This document shows positions 1-8,584 of a stretch of 64,000 bases of DNA, one piece after another. A model generated the notes under the pieces. It was not told the origin of the DNA. It saw only the letters and a program-made list of their open reading frames with translations, and searched no databases. Source of the DNA: Christensenella tenuis (GTDB lineage: Bacteria > Bacillota > Clostridia > Christensenellales > Christensenellaceae); contig NZ_JACOON010000006.1 of the NCBI RefSeq assembly GCF_014287795.1, positions 194,024 through 258,023 of the forward strand, in the 5' to 3' direction. The position numbers and the translations under genes were made by a program. Within the stretch, counting starts at the first letter, position 1. The number at the start of each line of letters is the position of its first letter.

Positions 1-1567
1 TCATCAAATCGCGCAGGTAGTTCATGATGGAAACGGCGAATTCCTGGCCCTTTTCCGTCGTAAGGTCTGTGCCGTCTCCATAGAAATTGAGCAGCGCTTC
101 GTTCATACCAAGCACGCCGATCGTATTGAAATGATTATACCAGTATTCCCCCGTGCGCATTTTAATGTTCCGCAGGTAGTGGGCCGAGAACGGATACAGG
201 CCCCGCTCCGTCTGGTGCTCGATGATCTTACGCTTGATTTCAAGGCTGTTTTTCGCCATCATGACCATCTGCCACAGCCGCGCCCGGAACTCCCCTTCCG
301 TTTTCGAAAGATAACCGATGCGCGGCAGGTTGATGGTGACTACGCCAATCGACCCTGTCATGGGATTCGAGCCAAAAAGACCGCCTCCGCGCTTGCGGAG
401 CTCTTTGGTATCGAGGCGCAGGCGGCAGCACATGGAAAGGGCGTCTTCCGGGGAAAGATCGGAATTGATGTAGTTGGAGAAATACGGAATGCCGTATTTG
501 CATGTGATCTCCATAAATTTATTCACCACCGGGCTGTCCCAGTCAAAATCGTTCGTCACGTTGATAGTGGGGATGGGGAAGGTAAATACGCGCCCATGCG
601 AATCGCCCTCAAGCATCACTTCGCAGAAGCACTCGTTAAAGAGGTTCATTTCCTCCTGGAACTCCCCGTATGTCTCACGCCGCACCTTGCCGCCCACGAT
701 CACGGCTTCGTCCTTCAGTGTGCGCGGAACGACGATATCGAAGGTGAGGTTCGAGAACGGGCACTGGAAGCCCACGCGCGTAGGCACGTTAATATTGAAA
801 ATAAATTCCTGCAGCGCCTGTTTGACTTCCTTTTTGGTCATGTTGTCATAACGAATGAAGGGAGCGCAATAGGTATCGATGGACGACCATGCCTGCGCGC
901 CCGCGGTTTCACCCTGCGTGGTGAACGTGGAATTCACCACCTGTCCCAAAAAGGAGCGCAGGTGGTTGGCCGGGGAGGATTCTACCTTGCCGGGCACGCC
1001 GCCAAACCCGTCCGAGAGAAGCTGCTTCAAATCCCAGCCCGCGCAATACGGTCCGAAAAATCCAAGGTCGTGGATGTGGAACGCGCCGCCCGTGTGCGCC
1101 TCGCGGATTTCCTGCGGGTAAACTTCGTGCAGCCAGTATTGCTTGGTAAACGTCTCGCGCACATAATTGTTCATGCCGTTGATGGATTTCTGCGTATTGG
1201 CATTTTCCTTGATCTGCCAGTCCTTATCGTCAAGGTAATCGGAAAACATATCGATGGTCGCGCCGATGAGGGCGTTGCTCTCTCTCGCCGCGCGGCGCTT
1301 TTCCCGGTAAAGGATATAGGCCTTCGCTGTTTTTGCGTGCCCGCGCTCAATCAGCACCTTTTCCACGAGGTCCTGAATCTCTTCCACGTCTGCAACGTCT
1401 GTTTTCAGGCGAAGGTTTGCAAGGTCTACAACTTCGTCCGAAAGCTTTTGCGCCGTATCGAAGTCGTCCCCGCCCACAGCGGTAACGGCGTTAAAAATAG
1501 CCCATGTGATTTTTTCCTTCTGGAAGCTTTCCGTGCTTCCGTTTCTTTTTTTGATTTGCGTAATCAT
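1..1567 (-). CDS. nrdD: anaerobic ribonucleoside-triphosphate reductase (class III RNR), C-terminal end lies beyond window start
   Basis: Reverse-strand translation from ATG at 1567 (RBS GGAGAAGGAGAAAC upstream). It starts with an ATP-cone (MITQIKKRNGSTESFQKEKITWAIFNAV...). It contains NrdD-typical blocks (FHIHDLGFFGPYCAGWDL, SIGVVTINLPRIGY). The reading frame continues past position 1 with no stop, so the glycyl-radical C-terminus is not visible. The listed + ORF 131..1699 is its antisense shadow. Confidence 0.9.
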   Translation of the reverse strand, partial: MITQIKKRNGSTESFQKEKITWAIFNAVTAVGGDDFDTAQKLSDEVVDLANLRLKTDVADVEEIQDLVEKVLIERGHAKTAKAYILYREKRRAARESNALIGATIDMFSDYLDDKDWQIKENANTQKSINGMNNYVRETFTKQYWLHEVYPQEIREAHTGGAFHIHDLGFFGPYCAGWDLKQLLSDGFGGVPGKVESSPANHLRSFLGQVVNSTFTTQGETAGAQAWSSIDTYCAPFIRYDNMTKKEVKQALQEFIFNINVPTRVGFQCPFSNLTFDIVVPRTLKDEAVIVGGKVRRETYGEFQEEMNLFNECFCEVMLEGDSHGRVFTFPIPTINVTNDFDWDSPVVNKFMEITCKYGIPYFSNYINSDLSPEDALSMCCRLRLDTKELRKRGGGLFGSNPMTGSIGVVTINLPRIGYLSKTEGEFRARLWQMVMMAKNSLEIKRKIIEHQTERGLYPFSAHYLRNIKMRTGEYWYNHFNTIGVLGMNEALLNFYGDGTDLTTEKGQEFAVSIMNYLRDLM

Positions 1568-1859
1568 GTTGTTGTTTCTCCTTCTCCGGGATGGGTGTTT
1601 GATTTGAAGAGCAGTAAAAAGCAGGCGCGCATAGAGTCATGTGCACGCCGGAATATAGATCTTACGCTGTCGATACCGATGGTAGGGACCGGTTTTTGAT
1701 GCCATACTCCGTGGCGCTGTCGTTTCGGTAAGATATTCTGGCTCAAGCCTCAAACGCTTCGCACGCCTTCCCAGAACTTTTCCAGTGGCATCTGTGCGCC
1801 GCTCGGCTTTTACAGCGGCGGGACCGCGCGGGATTTTCACCCGACTTCCCTCATCCGAA

Positions 1860-1875
1860 ACACAATATACTGTGT
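1860..1875. promoter_or_regulatory. NrdR-box-like 16-bp palindrome ACACAATATACTGTGT upstream of nrdD
   Basis: Near-perfect inverted repeat matching the known NrdR operator consensus (acaCwAtATaTwGtgt), in the 450-bp leader of nrdD. Confidence 0.5.
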
Positions 1876-1889
1876 TTATTTTTTTAATA

Positions 1890-1906
1890 ATACATACATA
1901 TTGTAT
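1890..1906. promoter_or_regulatory. possible second (degenerate) NrdR box ATACATACATATTGTAT about 30 bp from the first
   Basis: Inverted arms ATACA/TGTAT around an AT core. The spacing of roughly three helical turns from box 1 is typical of tandem NrdR boxes. Sequence match is weak. Confidence 0.3.
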
Positions 1907-1957
1907 TGCTCTCTGCCGCGAAAGTCAACACAAATATAACACGTTTTTTTCGCTTCA

Positions 1958-1986
1958 AACAAAAAAGCGCTTTGTCCAGCGCTTTA
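1958..1986 (-). terminator. rho-independent terminator after the flavodoxin/ferredoxin gene
   Basis: Hairpin AAGCGCT-ttgtcc-AGCGCTT followed, on the minus strand, by a T-run (reverse complement of caaacaaaaaa). Confidence 0.5.
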
Positions 1987-2016
1987 TTCGTTCATTAAAA
2001 TTTGTGTTTTCCCTTC

Positions 2017-2787
2017 CTACGGCAAAAACAGCCTCGCTTCTTTTTCCGTTTTGGTCAGTTCCTTTTCCAGCTTTTTTACCAGCATGCCATAGACCGGTCC
2101 GCCAACCCTGCGTGCATGGACAGGGCAGACATGTACGCATGCAAGGCAGCGGATGCACTTTTTCGCATCCGTCTCCCGCGGCGTTTCCGGTGCAATCGCC
2201 CCTGCCGGGCAGGCGCGCGCGCATGCGCCGCACGCCGTACATTTTTTGTCTCCTTTGGGCGTGAAGGGCGCAACCTGAAATGAGCGGTACGGCCGGTTTC
2301 CCGGCAGCCGGATTTCCCTTCCGGCCTTTTCCGCCGGCAGCGCTTTTATATTTCTTCCGAATTCTTCGGCGATCAGCAGGTCGTCCGCGTCCGGCCGGCC
2401 GCCGGCGATCTTCGCGGAAAAGGTATGCTGTGCAACAAAGGCAGCCGCAGCAGCGCCGTAAAAACCCTGTTTTTCGCACAAACCGGAAAGTTCCAAAAGC
2501 GCGTCGTCAAACTCGCGGTTGCCATAAACCGCCACCAGTACGGCGGGCGTATGGTTCCCCCGCAGGCCGCGCAGCAGCCCGTCCGGCAGTTGGGGGACGC
2601 GTCCATAGTAAACGGGGACGCCGATCACCACAAGATCGTCCGGCGCAAATGTATGTTCCTGCGCCCTTGTTTCCTTGTCCGTCAGGTCAACCTCCCCATA
2701 TGCTTTGCCAAGCCCCCGCGCCACCGCGCGCACATACTGCTTTGTCCCTCCGGTGGGGCTGAAATAAATTGCCGTTACGTTCCCCAT
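2017..2787 (-). CDS. flavodoxin-domain / 2x[4Fe-4S] ferredoxin fusion protein (EFR1-type ferredoxin)
   Basis: N-terminal flavodoxin-like segment (AIYFSPTGGTKQYV...VIGVPVYYG). C-terminal CTACGACARACP...CIRCLACVHVCP dicluster motifs. Likely ATG at 2787 with an AAGGAG RBS; the tracker's GTG at 2796 is less likely. Sits 5 nt after the TetR stop codon. Confidence 0.8.
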   Translation of the reverse strand: MGNVTAIYFSPTGGTKQYVRAVARGLGKAYGEVDLTDKETRAQEHTFAPDDLVVIGVPVYYGRVPQLPDGLLRGLRGNHTPAVLVAVYGNREFDDALLELSGLCEKQGFYGAAAAAFVAQHTFSAKIAGGRPDADDLLIAEEFGRNIKALPAEKAGREIRLPGNRPYRSFQVAPFTPKGDKKCTACGACARACPAGAIAPETPRETDAKKCIRCLACVHVCPVHARRVGGPVYGMLVKKLEKELTKTEKEARLFLP

Positions 2788-2792
2788 GATCT

Positions 2793-3530
2793 TCACTCCT
2801 TCTTTGGCGGACGGCTCCGCTCCGCTGTTCTTCCCATTCTTCGCTTCGTGCGCTGCGCGGCTGCTTCCCGTTTTCCGGAGTGTCCGCCGTTCCGCTCCAG
2901 CCGCGCCTCGTCACGGCTCCAGATGTCCATAAGGCTAATCTCCGGATAGGCGCGCAGCCCGGGCTTTACATCCAGCATAGCCTCCACGCCGCTGCGGATA
3001 TAAAGAGGCAGGTCAAACGCGCCGTTGTGCATGCACCACATAAACAAGGTGCTGACAAACGTCTGGTGAATCATCATACAAAGCGTTTTGGGATCGGAGG
3101 AATTGCGGATTTCCCCCGCTGCCTGGCCCTTTGCAATGATACTGGCCTGCATTTCCATATGTTCGTTCCGCCGCTTGCCTCCACGGAAAGTTCCCACGTC
3201 CTGATTGATATTTTTAATGAAAAGCTGCCGGGAAATTTCCGTCCCGGATTCGCTTATCCGGTCTAAAAAAGGTTTATAAGAAAGCCAGAGCTGTTCCACA
3301 TAATTTTCCGCGTTGAGGATTTGCACGAAGTATTCGGTGCCGATATCGTATGGAAGCTCGTAATAGTCTTTCAGAAGCTCGTCTTTTGATTTGAAATAAT
3401 AATAGAAGGTATGCTTGTTTACGCCGCTTTGTTCACAGATTTCATTGATCGTCACATTTTCAAAGCCGCGCTCCTGAAACAGCTTCAGGCCGATTTCCTT
3501 AATCTTTGTTTTTGTGTCTTTGCCCGCCAT
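2793..3530 (-). CDS. TetR/AcrR family transcriptional regulator with basic C-terminal tail
   Basis: N-terminal TetR HTH (KIKEIGLKLFQERGFENVTINEICEQSGVNKHTFYYYFKSKDEL). Divergent from the ABC exporter pair. The Arg/Lys-rich ~45 aa tail is encoded as read. Confidence 0.85.
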   Translation of the reverse strand: MAGKDTKTKIKEIGLKLFQERGFENVTINEICEQSGVNKHTFYYYFKSKDELLKDYYELPYDIGTEYFVQILNAENYVEQLWLSYKPFLDRISESGTEISRQLFIKNINQDVGTFRGGKRRNEHMEMQASIIAKGQAAGEIRNSSDPKTLCMMIHQTFVSTLFMWCMHNGAFDLPLYIRSGVEAMLDVKPGLRAYPEISLMDIWSRDEARLERNGGHSGKREAAAQRTKRRMGRTAERSRPPKKE

Positions 3531-3573
3531 TTTGGTTACTTCTTTCGCAAGATTCTAAAACGAGATTAACACA

Positions 3574-3627
3574 TTTATGCAACCGAGTCAATAAATTTAA
3601 TAATCTTATTGACATTTTTATGCAACC
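3574..3627. promoter_or_regulatory. two direct repeats TTTATGCAACCG (3574-3585 and 3616-3627), candidate TetR operator pair
   Basis: Exact 12-mer repeated 42 bp apart in the TetR/ABC divergent intergenic region. The second copy lies inside the promoter spacer. Confidence 0.45.
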
Positions 3628-3637
3628 GCAGTATCAT
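3609..3637 (+). promoter_or_regulatory. sigma-A type promoter TTGACA-17bp-TATCAT for the ABC exporter operon
   Basis: Canonical -35 TTGACA (3609-3614) and -10 TATCAT (3632-3637) with a 17-bp spacer, about 85 bp upstream of the ATG at 3724. Confidence 0.55.
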
Positions 3638-3723
3638 GGACAAACGGAAGTATCGGGGAAAGTATCGCCGCGAGAGATACGCGGCAGGAAAAGGCTCTAT
3701 CAGAAAGGAAAGAACGACATTTT

Positions 3724-6033
3724 ATGAGGCGTATCATCAAGTATATGAAGCCCTATGCCGCGCTTTTGATTGTCGCGGTCCTGCTCTTGTTCGGGCAGGC
3801 ATACTGCGATTTGTCGCTGCCGAATTATATGTCTAAAATTGTGGACACAGGTATTCAGCAGGGAGGTATTGAAAATGCGGTTCCGGCCGCTGTGGGCGAG
3901 GATACCATGGGCACACTGCTTTCATTTATGGATGAAGGCCAGCAAAAACTCGTGCGCGATAATTACACGCTCATTACCAAAGACAGCCCGGATTATGCCG
4001 CCTATGTCAAGGAATATCCGGCGCTTGAACACGAAAATATTTATGTGAAGCAGGATCTCGATGAGCATGATACCCTGCTCATGAATCCCGGTTTTTCAAA
4101 GGCGTTTGCTTCGATTTCCACGATTGAGCAGATTATGGAGGCGGAACAAAGCGGTTCCGATACGCTCGCGCTCGATAAGCAGGTGAGCGAGGACGGTTCG
4201 GAAAAAGAAGCGGAAATTCCGCCTGTTCTTCTGCAATTTTTCGGATATTATATGCAGCAGCCGGAAGGATCCGGTTTCTTTACCGTCCTGAACGCTTATC
4301 CGCAGGCGCAGGACGTTTATTCGGCGCTCAATACCCTGCTGGATGAAAAGCTTGGGGGCATGGATGCAAGCCTGCTCCAGCAGACGGCAATCCCCGCAGT
4401 GAAAAGCGAATACCAGGCGCTCGGTATGGATACCACCGCCATCCAGCAGGATTATATCTGGCAGAACGGCGGCTTTATGCTCCTCCTGGCCCTTGGCTCC
4501 GCGGCGTGTACGGTTGTGGTGGGCTTGCTCGCGGCGAGGATCGGCGCGGGCCTGGCGCGCGACCTGCGTCAGAAGACCTTTACCAAAGTGGAAAATTTCT
4601 CCAATGTAGAATTCGATAAATTCTCCACCGCGTCGCTCATCACGCGCAGCACAAACGATGTGACGCAAATCCAGATGGTGGTTATCCTGATGATCCGCAT
4701 GGTGATCTATGCGCCGATCATGGGCGTGGGCGGCGTGATTATGGCGCTCAACAAAAGCGTATCGATGTCATGGATTATCGCGCTTGCGGTTATCATTCTT
4801 TTGGGCTTTATCGGCTCGATTTTTGCGATTGTAATGCCCAAGTTCAAGAAAATGCAGGCCCTTGTGGACAGGCTGAACCTCGTCATGCGTGAAAGCCTTT
4901 CGGGAATTATGGTAATCCGCGCGTTTAACACGCAGCAATTTGAGCTGGACCGGTTTGATAACGCAAACAAAGACCTGACTCACAACCAGCTTTTCGTGGG
5001 CAGGGCCATGGCCCTGATGATGCCGGTCATGACGATTATCATGAACGGTATTTCCCTGCTGATTATCTGGGTAGGCGCGAACCAGATTGCCGCATCCTCC
5101 ATGCAGGTCGGCGATATGATGGCTTTTATGCAATATGCAATGCAAATTGTAATGGCATTCCTGATGATGTCTATGATGTTCATCATGCTGCCCCGTGCAT
5201 CCGTTTCCGCGCACCGCATCGCAGACGTGCTTGAAACGGAACCGGAGATCCACGATCCGCAAAACCCGAAGCATTTTAAGGACCCGAAAGGCAAGCTTGA
5301 ATTTAAAAACGTATGTTTTGCCTATCCGGGCGCGGAGGACAACGTACTCACCGATATCGATTTTACGGCCTTGCCCGGCCAGACGACGGCCTTTATTGGG
5401 CCGACCGGGTCCGGGAAGTCCACCGTTGCGAACCTGATCCCGCGTTTTTACGACGTATCCTGCGGCAGTGTGGTCATTGACGGCTTGGATGTGCGCGAGG
5501 TAACGCGCCACGAGCTGCGCGACCAGATCGGCTATGTCCCGCAGAAAGCCGTCCTGTTCTCCGGAACCATCGCTTCCAACCTGCGCCTCGGGGACGAGGA
5601 GGCAAGCGACGCAACGCTAAACAGTGCCGCCGAGGGAGCGCAGGCCATGGAATTCATCAGCAAAAACGCCAAGGGGCTTGACGCAAGCATCTCGCAGGGC
5701 GGCGCCAATGTGTCGGGCGGGCAGAAGCAGCGGCTTTCCATTGCGCGGGCGCTCGTCAAAGACCCGAACATCTATGTGTTTGACGACAGCTTTTCCGCGC
5801 TGGATTTTAAGACGGACGCCAAGCTGCGCGCCGCAATCCGCGAACAAACGAAGGATAAGACCGTCCTTATTATCGCGCAGCGGGTAGGCACCATTATGGA
5901 CGCCGACCAGATTATCGTGCTTGACGAGGGGAAAATCGTCGGGAAGGGGACACATACGGAATTAATGGAATCCTGCGGGACTTACCGCGAGATCGCCCTT
6001 TCCCAGCTTTCGGAGGAGGAATTACAGTCATGA
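3724..6033 (+). CDS. ABC exporter permease/ATPase, degenerate-site subunit of a heterodimeric type I exporter, with ~200 aa extracytoplasmic insert
   Basis: TM1 (LLIVAVLLLFGQAYCDLSLPNYMSKIVD) then a long hydrophilic insert before TM2. Walker A is GPTGSGKST and the signature VSGGQKQRL. Walker B reads IYVFDDSFSALD, with Asp replacing the catalytic Glu. H-loop reads AQR, with Gln replacing His. ATGA stop/start overlap with the next gene. Confidence 0.9.
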   Translation: MRRIIKYMKPYAALLIVAVLLLFGQAYCDLSLPNYMSKIVDTGIQQGGIENAVPAAVGEDTMGTLLSFMDEGQQKLVRDNYTLITKDSPDYAAYVKEYPALEHENIYVKQDLDEHDTLLMNPGFSKAFASISTIEQIMEAEQSGSDTLALDKQVSEDGSEKEAEIPPVLLQFFGYYMQQPEGSGFFTVLNAYPQAQDVYSALNTLLDEKLGGMDASLLQQTAIPAVKSEYQALGMDTTAIQQDYIWQNGGFMLLLALGSAACTVVVGLLAARIGAGLARDLRQKTFTKVENFSNVEFDKFSTASLITRSTNDVTQIQMVVILMIRMVIYAPIMGVGGVIMALNKSVSMSWIIALAVIILLGFIGSIFAIVMPKFKKMQALVDRLNLVMRESLSGIMVIRAFNTQQFELDRFDNANKDLTHNQLFVGRAMALMMPVMTIIMNGISLLIIWVGANQIAASSMQVGDMMAFMQYAMQIVMAFLMMSMMFIMLPRASVSAHRIADVLETEPEIHDPQNPKHFKDPKGKLEFKNVCFAYPGAEDNVLTDIDFTALPGQTTAFIGPTGSGKSTVANLIPRFYDVSCGSVVIDGLDVREVTRHELRDQIGYVPQKAVLFSGTIASNLRLGDEEASDATLNSAAEGAQAMEFISKNAKGLDASISQGGANVSGGQKQRLSIARALVKDPNIYVFDDSFSALDFKTDAKLRAAIREQTKDKTVLIIAQRVGTIMDADQIIVLDEGKIVGKGTHTELMESCGTYREIALSQLSEEELQS

Positions 6034-7907
6034 GCGAAAATACAACAAAGCGGCCTCCTGCGGGGCCAAAGCGCGGACCTATGGGCGGCCCGGGCCCCGG
6101 TGTTCCCATAGTCGGCGCAAAAGCAAGGGATTTCAAAGGCTCCATGGGCCGCCTCCTGAAATATATCGGCAAATATAAGATCGCCGTGATCGTCGTGTTC
6201 ATCTTCGCGATTGCTTCCGCCGTGTTTTCTATCATCGGCCCGAAGCTGATGGGGAACGCCACGACCGTCCTCTTTGAGGGAGTCATGGGGCAGATCAGCG
6301 GATCGGGCGACGGCATCGATTTTGTACGCATCAGCCAGATTCTGATTATGCTTGTTATCCTGTATGGGATATCCGCCCTGTTTGGCTACATCCAGGGTTA
6401 TATCATGACCGGGGTAGCCAACAAGGTCACATACCGCCTGAGGAAGGATATCAGCCAAAAGGTCAATACCCTGCCGCTTTCCTATTTTGACCGCAACAGT
6501 CACGGCGATGTGCTGTCCCGCGTGACCAACGACGTGGACACCATCAGCCAAACGCTCAACCAGAGCCTGTCACAGATCATTACGTCGGTCACAATGGTTG
6601 TCGGCGTGGTGGTGATGATGTTTACGATCAACTGGGTGATGACCCTTGTGGTGCTGTGCATCGTCCCGATTGCGCTGGCGCTCATTTTCCAGGTGGTGAA
6701 GCGCTCGCAGAAGTTTTTCAAGCAGCAGCAGGACTACCTTGGTTCGGTCAACGGGCACGTGGAGGAAATGTTCGGCGGGCACAACGTGATCTCCGCCTAT
6801 AACGGGGAAGAAGAAAGCATCGACGTTTTTAACGGCGAGAATGAAAAACTCTACTCGGCGGCATGGAAGGCAAACTTTATGTCCGGCCTGATGCAGCCCA
6901 TCATGGCGTTCATTGGCAACCTCGGCTATGTTGCGGTGTGCGTCCTCGGCGGCTGGTTTGCCGCGCAGGGCACCATTACCGTCGGTAATATCCAGTCTTT
7001 CGTGCAATATGTGCGCAACTTCACGCAGCCGTTGTCCCAGCTTGCAAATATTTCCAATATTTTGCAGCAAACGGCGGCAGCGTCCGAGCGTGTGTTCGAG
7101 TTCCTGAATGAGCCGGAGGAAGCGCCGGATACGATCCATCCTGTCAAGCTGGATCATGTGGACGGCAACGTGGAATTCAAAGACGTGCATTTTGGTTATA
7201 CTCCGGACAAAATCATCATCGAGGACTTTTCCGCAAAAGTGAAACCGGGCCAGAAGATCGCCATTGTCGGCCCTACGGGCGCGGGTAAGACCACTATGAT
7301 TAAGCTGCTGATGCGCTTTTATGATTTAAACAGCGGCGAGATCCTGATTGACGGGCATGATTCTATGGACTTTACCCGCGCAGACCTGCGCCGCCACTTC
7401 GGTATGGTATTACAGGATACGTGGCTGTATAACGATACGATCATGGAAAACATCCGCTACGGGCGCATGGACGCGACGGACGAAGAAGTGATTGCAGCGG
7501 CAAAGGCCGCGCACGCGCATCACTTCATCAAGGCGCTGCCCCATGGGTATGAGATGATCCTCAACGAGGACGCGTCGAACATCTCTCAGGGACAGAAGCA
7601 GCTTCTCACGATTGCGCGCGCCATCCTCGCCGATCCGGATATGCTGATACTCGACGAAGCAACAAGCTCTGTCGATACGCGGACTGAGGCGTTGATCCAA
7701 AAAGCAATGGACGCGCTGATGGAAAACCGCACCAGCTTTGTGATCGCCCACCGCCTCTCGACCATCAAGGACGCGGACCTTATCCTTGTGATGAAGGACG
7801 GCGATATCATCGAGCAGGGTACGCACGACGCGCTTCTTAAAAAGGGCGGCTTTTACGCCGACCTGTACAACAGCCAGTTTGCCCCGCCCACAGCGGAGGC
7901 TTCCTGA
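6030..7907 (+). CDS. ABC exporter permease/ATPase, consensus-site subunit of the heterodimer
   Basis: Six TM segments followed by an NBD. Walker A is GPTGAGKTT, Walker B ILILDEATSSVD (canonical Glu) and H-loop IAHRLST. The ABC signature is degenerate (ISQGQKQ instead of LSGGQ), the expected partner of a degenerate Walker B in subunit 1. Confidence 0.9.
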   Translation: MSENTTKRPPAGPKRGPMGGPGPGVPIVGAKARDFKGSMGRLLKYIGKYKIAVIVVFIFAIASAVFSIIGPKLMGNATTVLFEGVMGQISGSGDGIDFVRISQILIMLVILYGISALFGYIQGYIMTGVANKVTYRLRKDISQKVNTLPLSYFDRNSHGDVLSRVTNDVDTISQTLNQSLSQIITSVTMVVGVVVMMFTINWVMTLVVLCIVPIALALIFQVVKRSQKFFKQQQDYLGSVNGHVEEMFGGHNVISAYNGEEESIDVFNGENEKLYSAAWKANFMSGLMQPIMAFIGNLGYVAVCVLGGWFAAQGTITVGNIQSFVQYVRNFTQPLSQLANISNILQQTAAASERVFEFLNEPEEAPDTIHPVKLDHVDGNVEFKDVHFGYTPDKIIIEDFSAKVKPGQKIAIVGPTGAGKTTMIKLLMRFYDLNSGEILIDGHDSMDFTRADLRRHFGMVLQDTWLYNDTIMENIRYGRMDATDEEVIAAAKAAHAHHFIKALPHGYEMILNEDASNISQGQKQLLTIARAILADPDMLILDEATSSVDTRTEALIQKAMDALMENRTSFVIAHRLSTIKDADLILVMKDGDIIEQGTHDALLKKGGFYADLYNSQFAPPTAEAS

Positions 7908-7965
7908 TCGCGGCAGCCTTATACTGGAGGAGGGCAATTGTCCCCTTCCTACCGCTTGTAGACAA

Positions 7966-8005
7966 AAAGGGTTCCGGCGGCATGAAAACCGCCGGAACCC
8001 TTTTA
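7966..8005 (+). terminator. rho-independent terminator after the ABC exporter operon
   Basis: GGGTTCCGGCGG-catgaaaa-CCGCCGGAACCC followed by TTTT. Confidence 0.7.
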
Positions 8006-8034
8006 CTGCCGGTAAAGTAATCCGGAAAAAGCAT

Positions 8035-8518
8035 TTATGAATCCGCAATGAACCACATCTGTTTCTTACCGTTCACAGCAGCCCAGCCGTGCTTTTTTTG
8101 CATCGCCTGAGATTCTTCCCGGCATTTTCCTGCGTTTGACATAAGGTTCTTTATGTCTTTCGTGCTCTTACCGTTTTTTCCTTTGCCAGTGCGTGCCCGG
8201 GGAATACGGTAGGAGGTTCCGTATTCCCGCACACTTCCAAATATTCTGGAGAACCCCTCCTTATTTTTATACAAATGGATTTTCCCGCACGCCCAAACGC
8301 AATCGCGCCATGATGCGGATAGTGCTCTCCAATCAGTATATGACGGTAGAAACGTTCCATTTCCGGCTCTGCAACCGCGCCGATCCCGCCAAAAAATGTA
8401 CCGGCACGGACAGCACCCCACGCCGCGCAATATAAGCCGCAAGGATAGAGTACAATTTCCTTTTGTTCGCGGGCCTTTGCCGCTGCCTTGCGGCGGTATT
8501 TCGGAAGGCCTGCGTCAA
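8035..8518 (-). pseudogene. possible degraded gene remnant (protein-like segments in three minus-strand frames)
   Basis: Overlapping minus ORFs 8333..8518, 8151..8360 and 8035..8442 each contain protein-like stretches (KLYSILAAYIARRGVLSVPVHFLAGSA; PEMERFYRHILIGEHYPHHGAIAFGRAGK; KDIKNLMSNAGKCREESQAM...). This suggests a frameshifted relic. No family recognised. Confidence 0.25.
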
Positions 8519-8584
8519 AACTTCCCTGCTTACGGCCAGGATTCCCAGCCGTACTTCCGGTATGTTTTTCAGGTTATTCCCCTC

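Noticed and set aside
131-1699. 522-aa + strand ORF
   Set aside because: Antisense shadow of nrdD. The minus-strand translation gives an unambiguous class III RNR with ATP-cone and conserved blocks; the + frame product is low-complexity Arg/His-rich.
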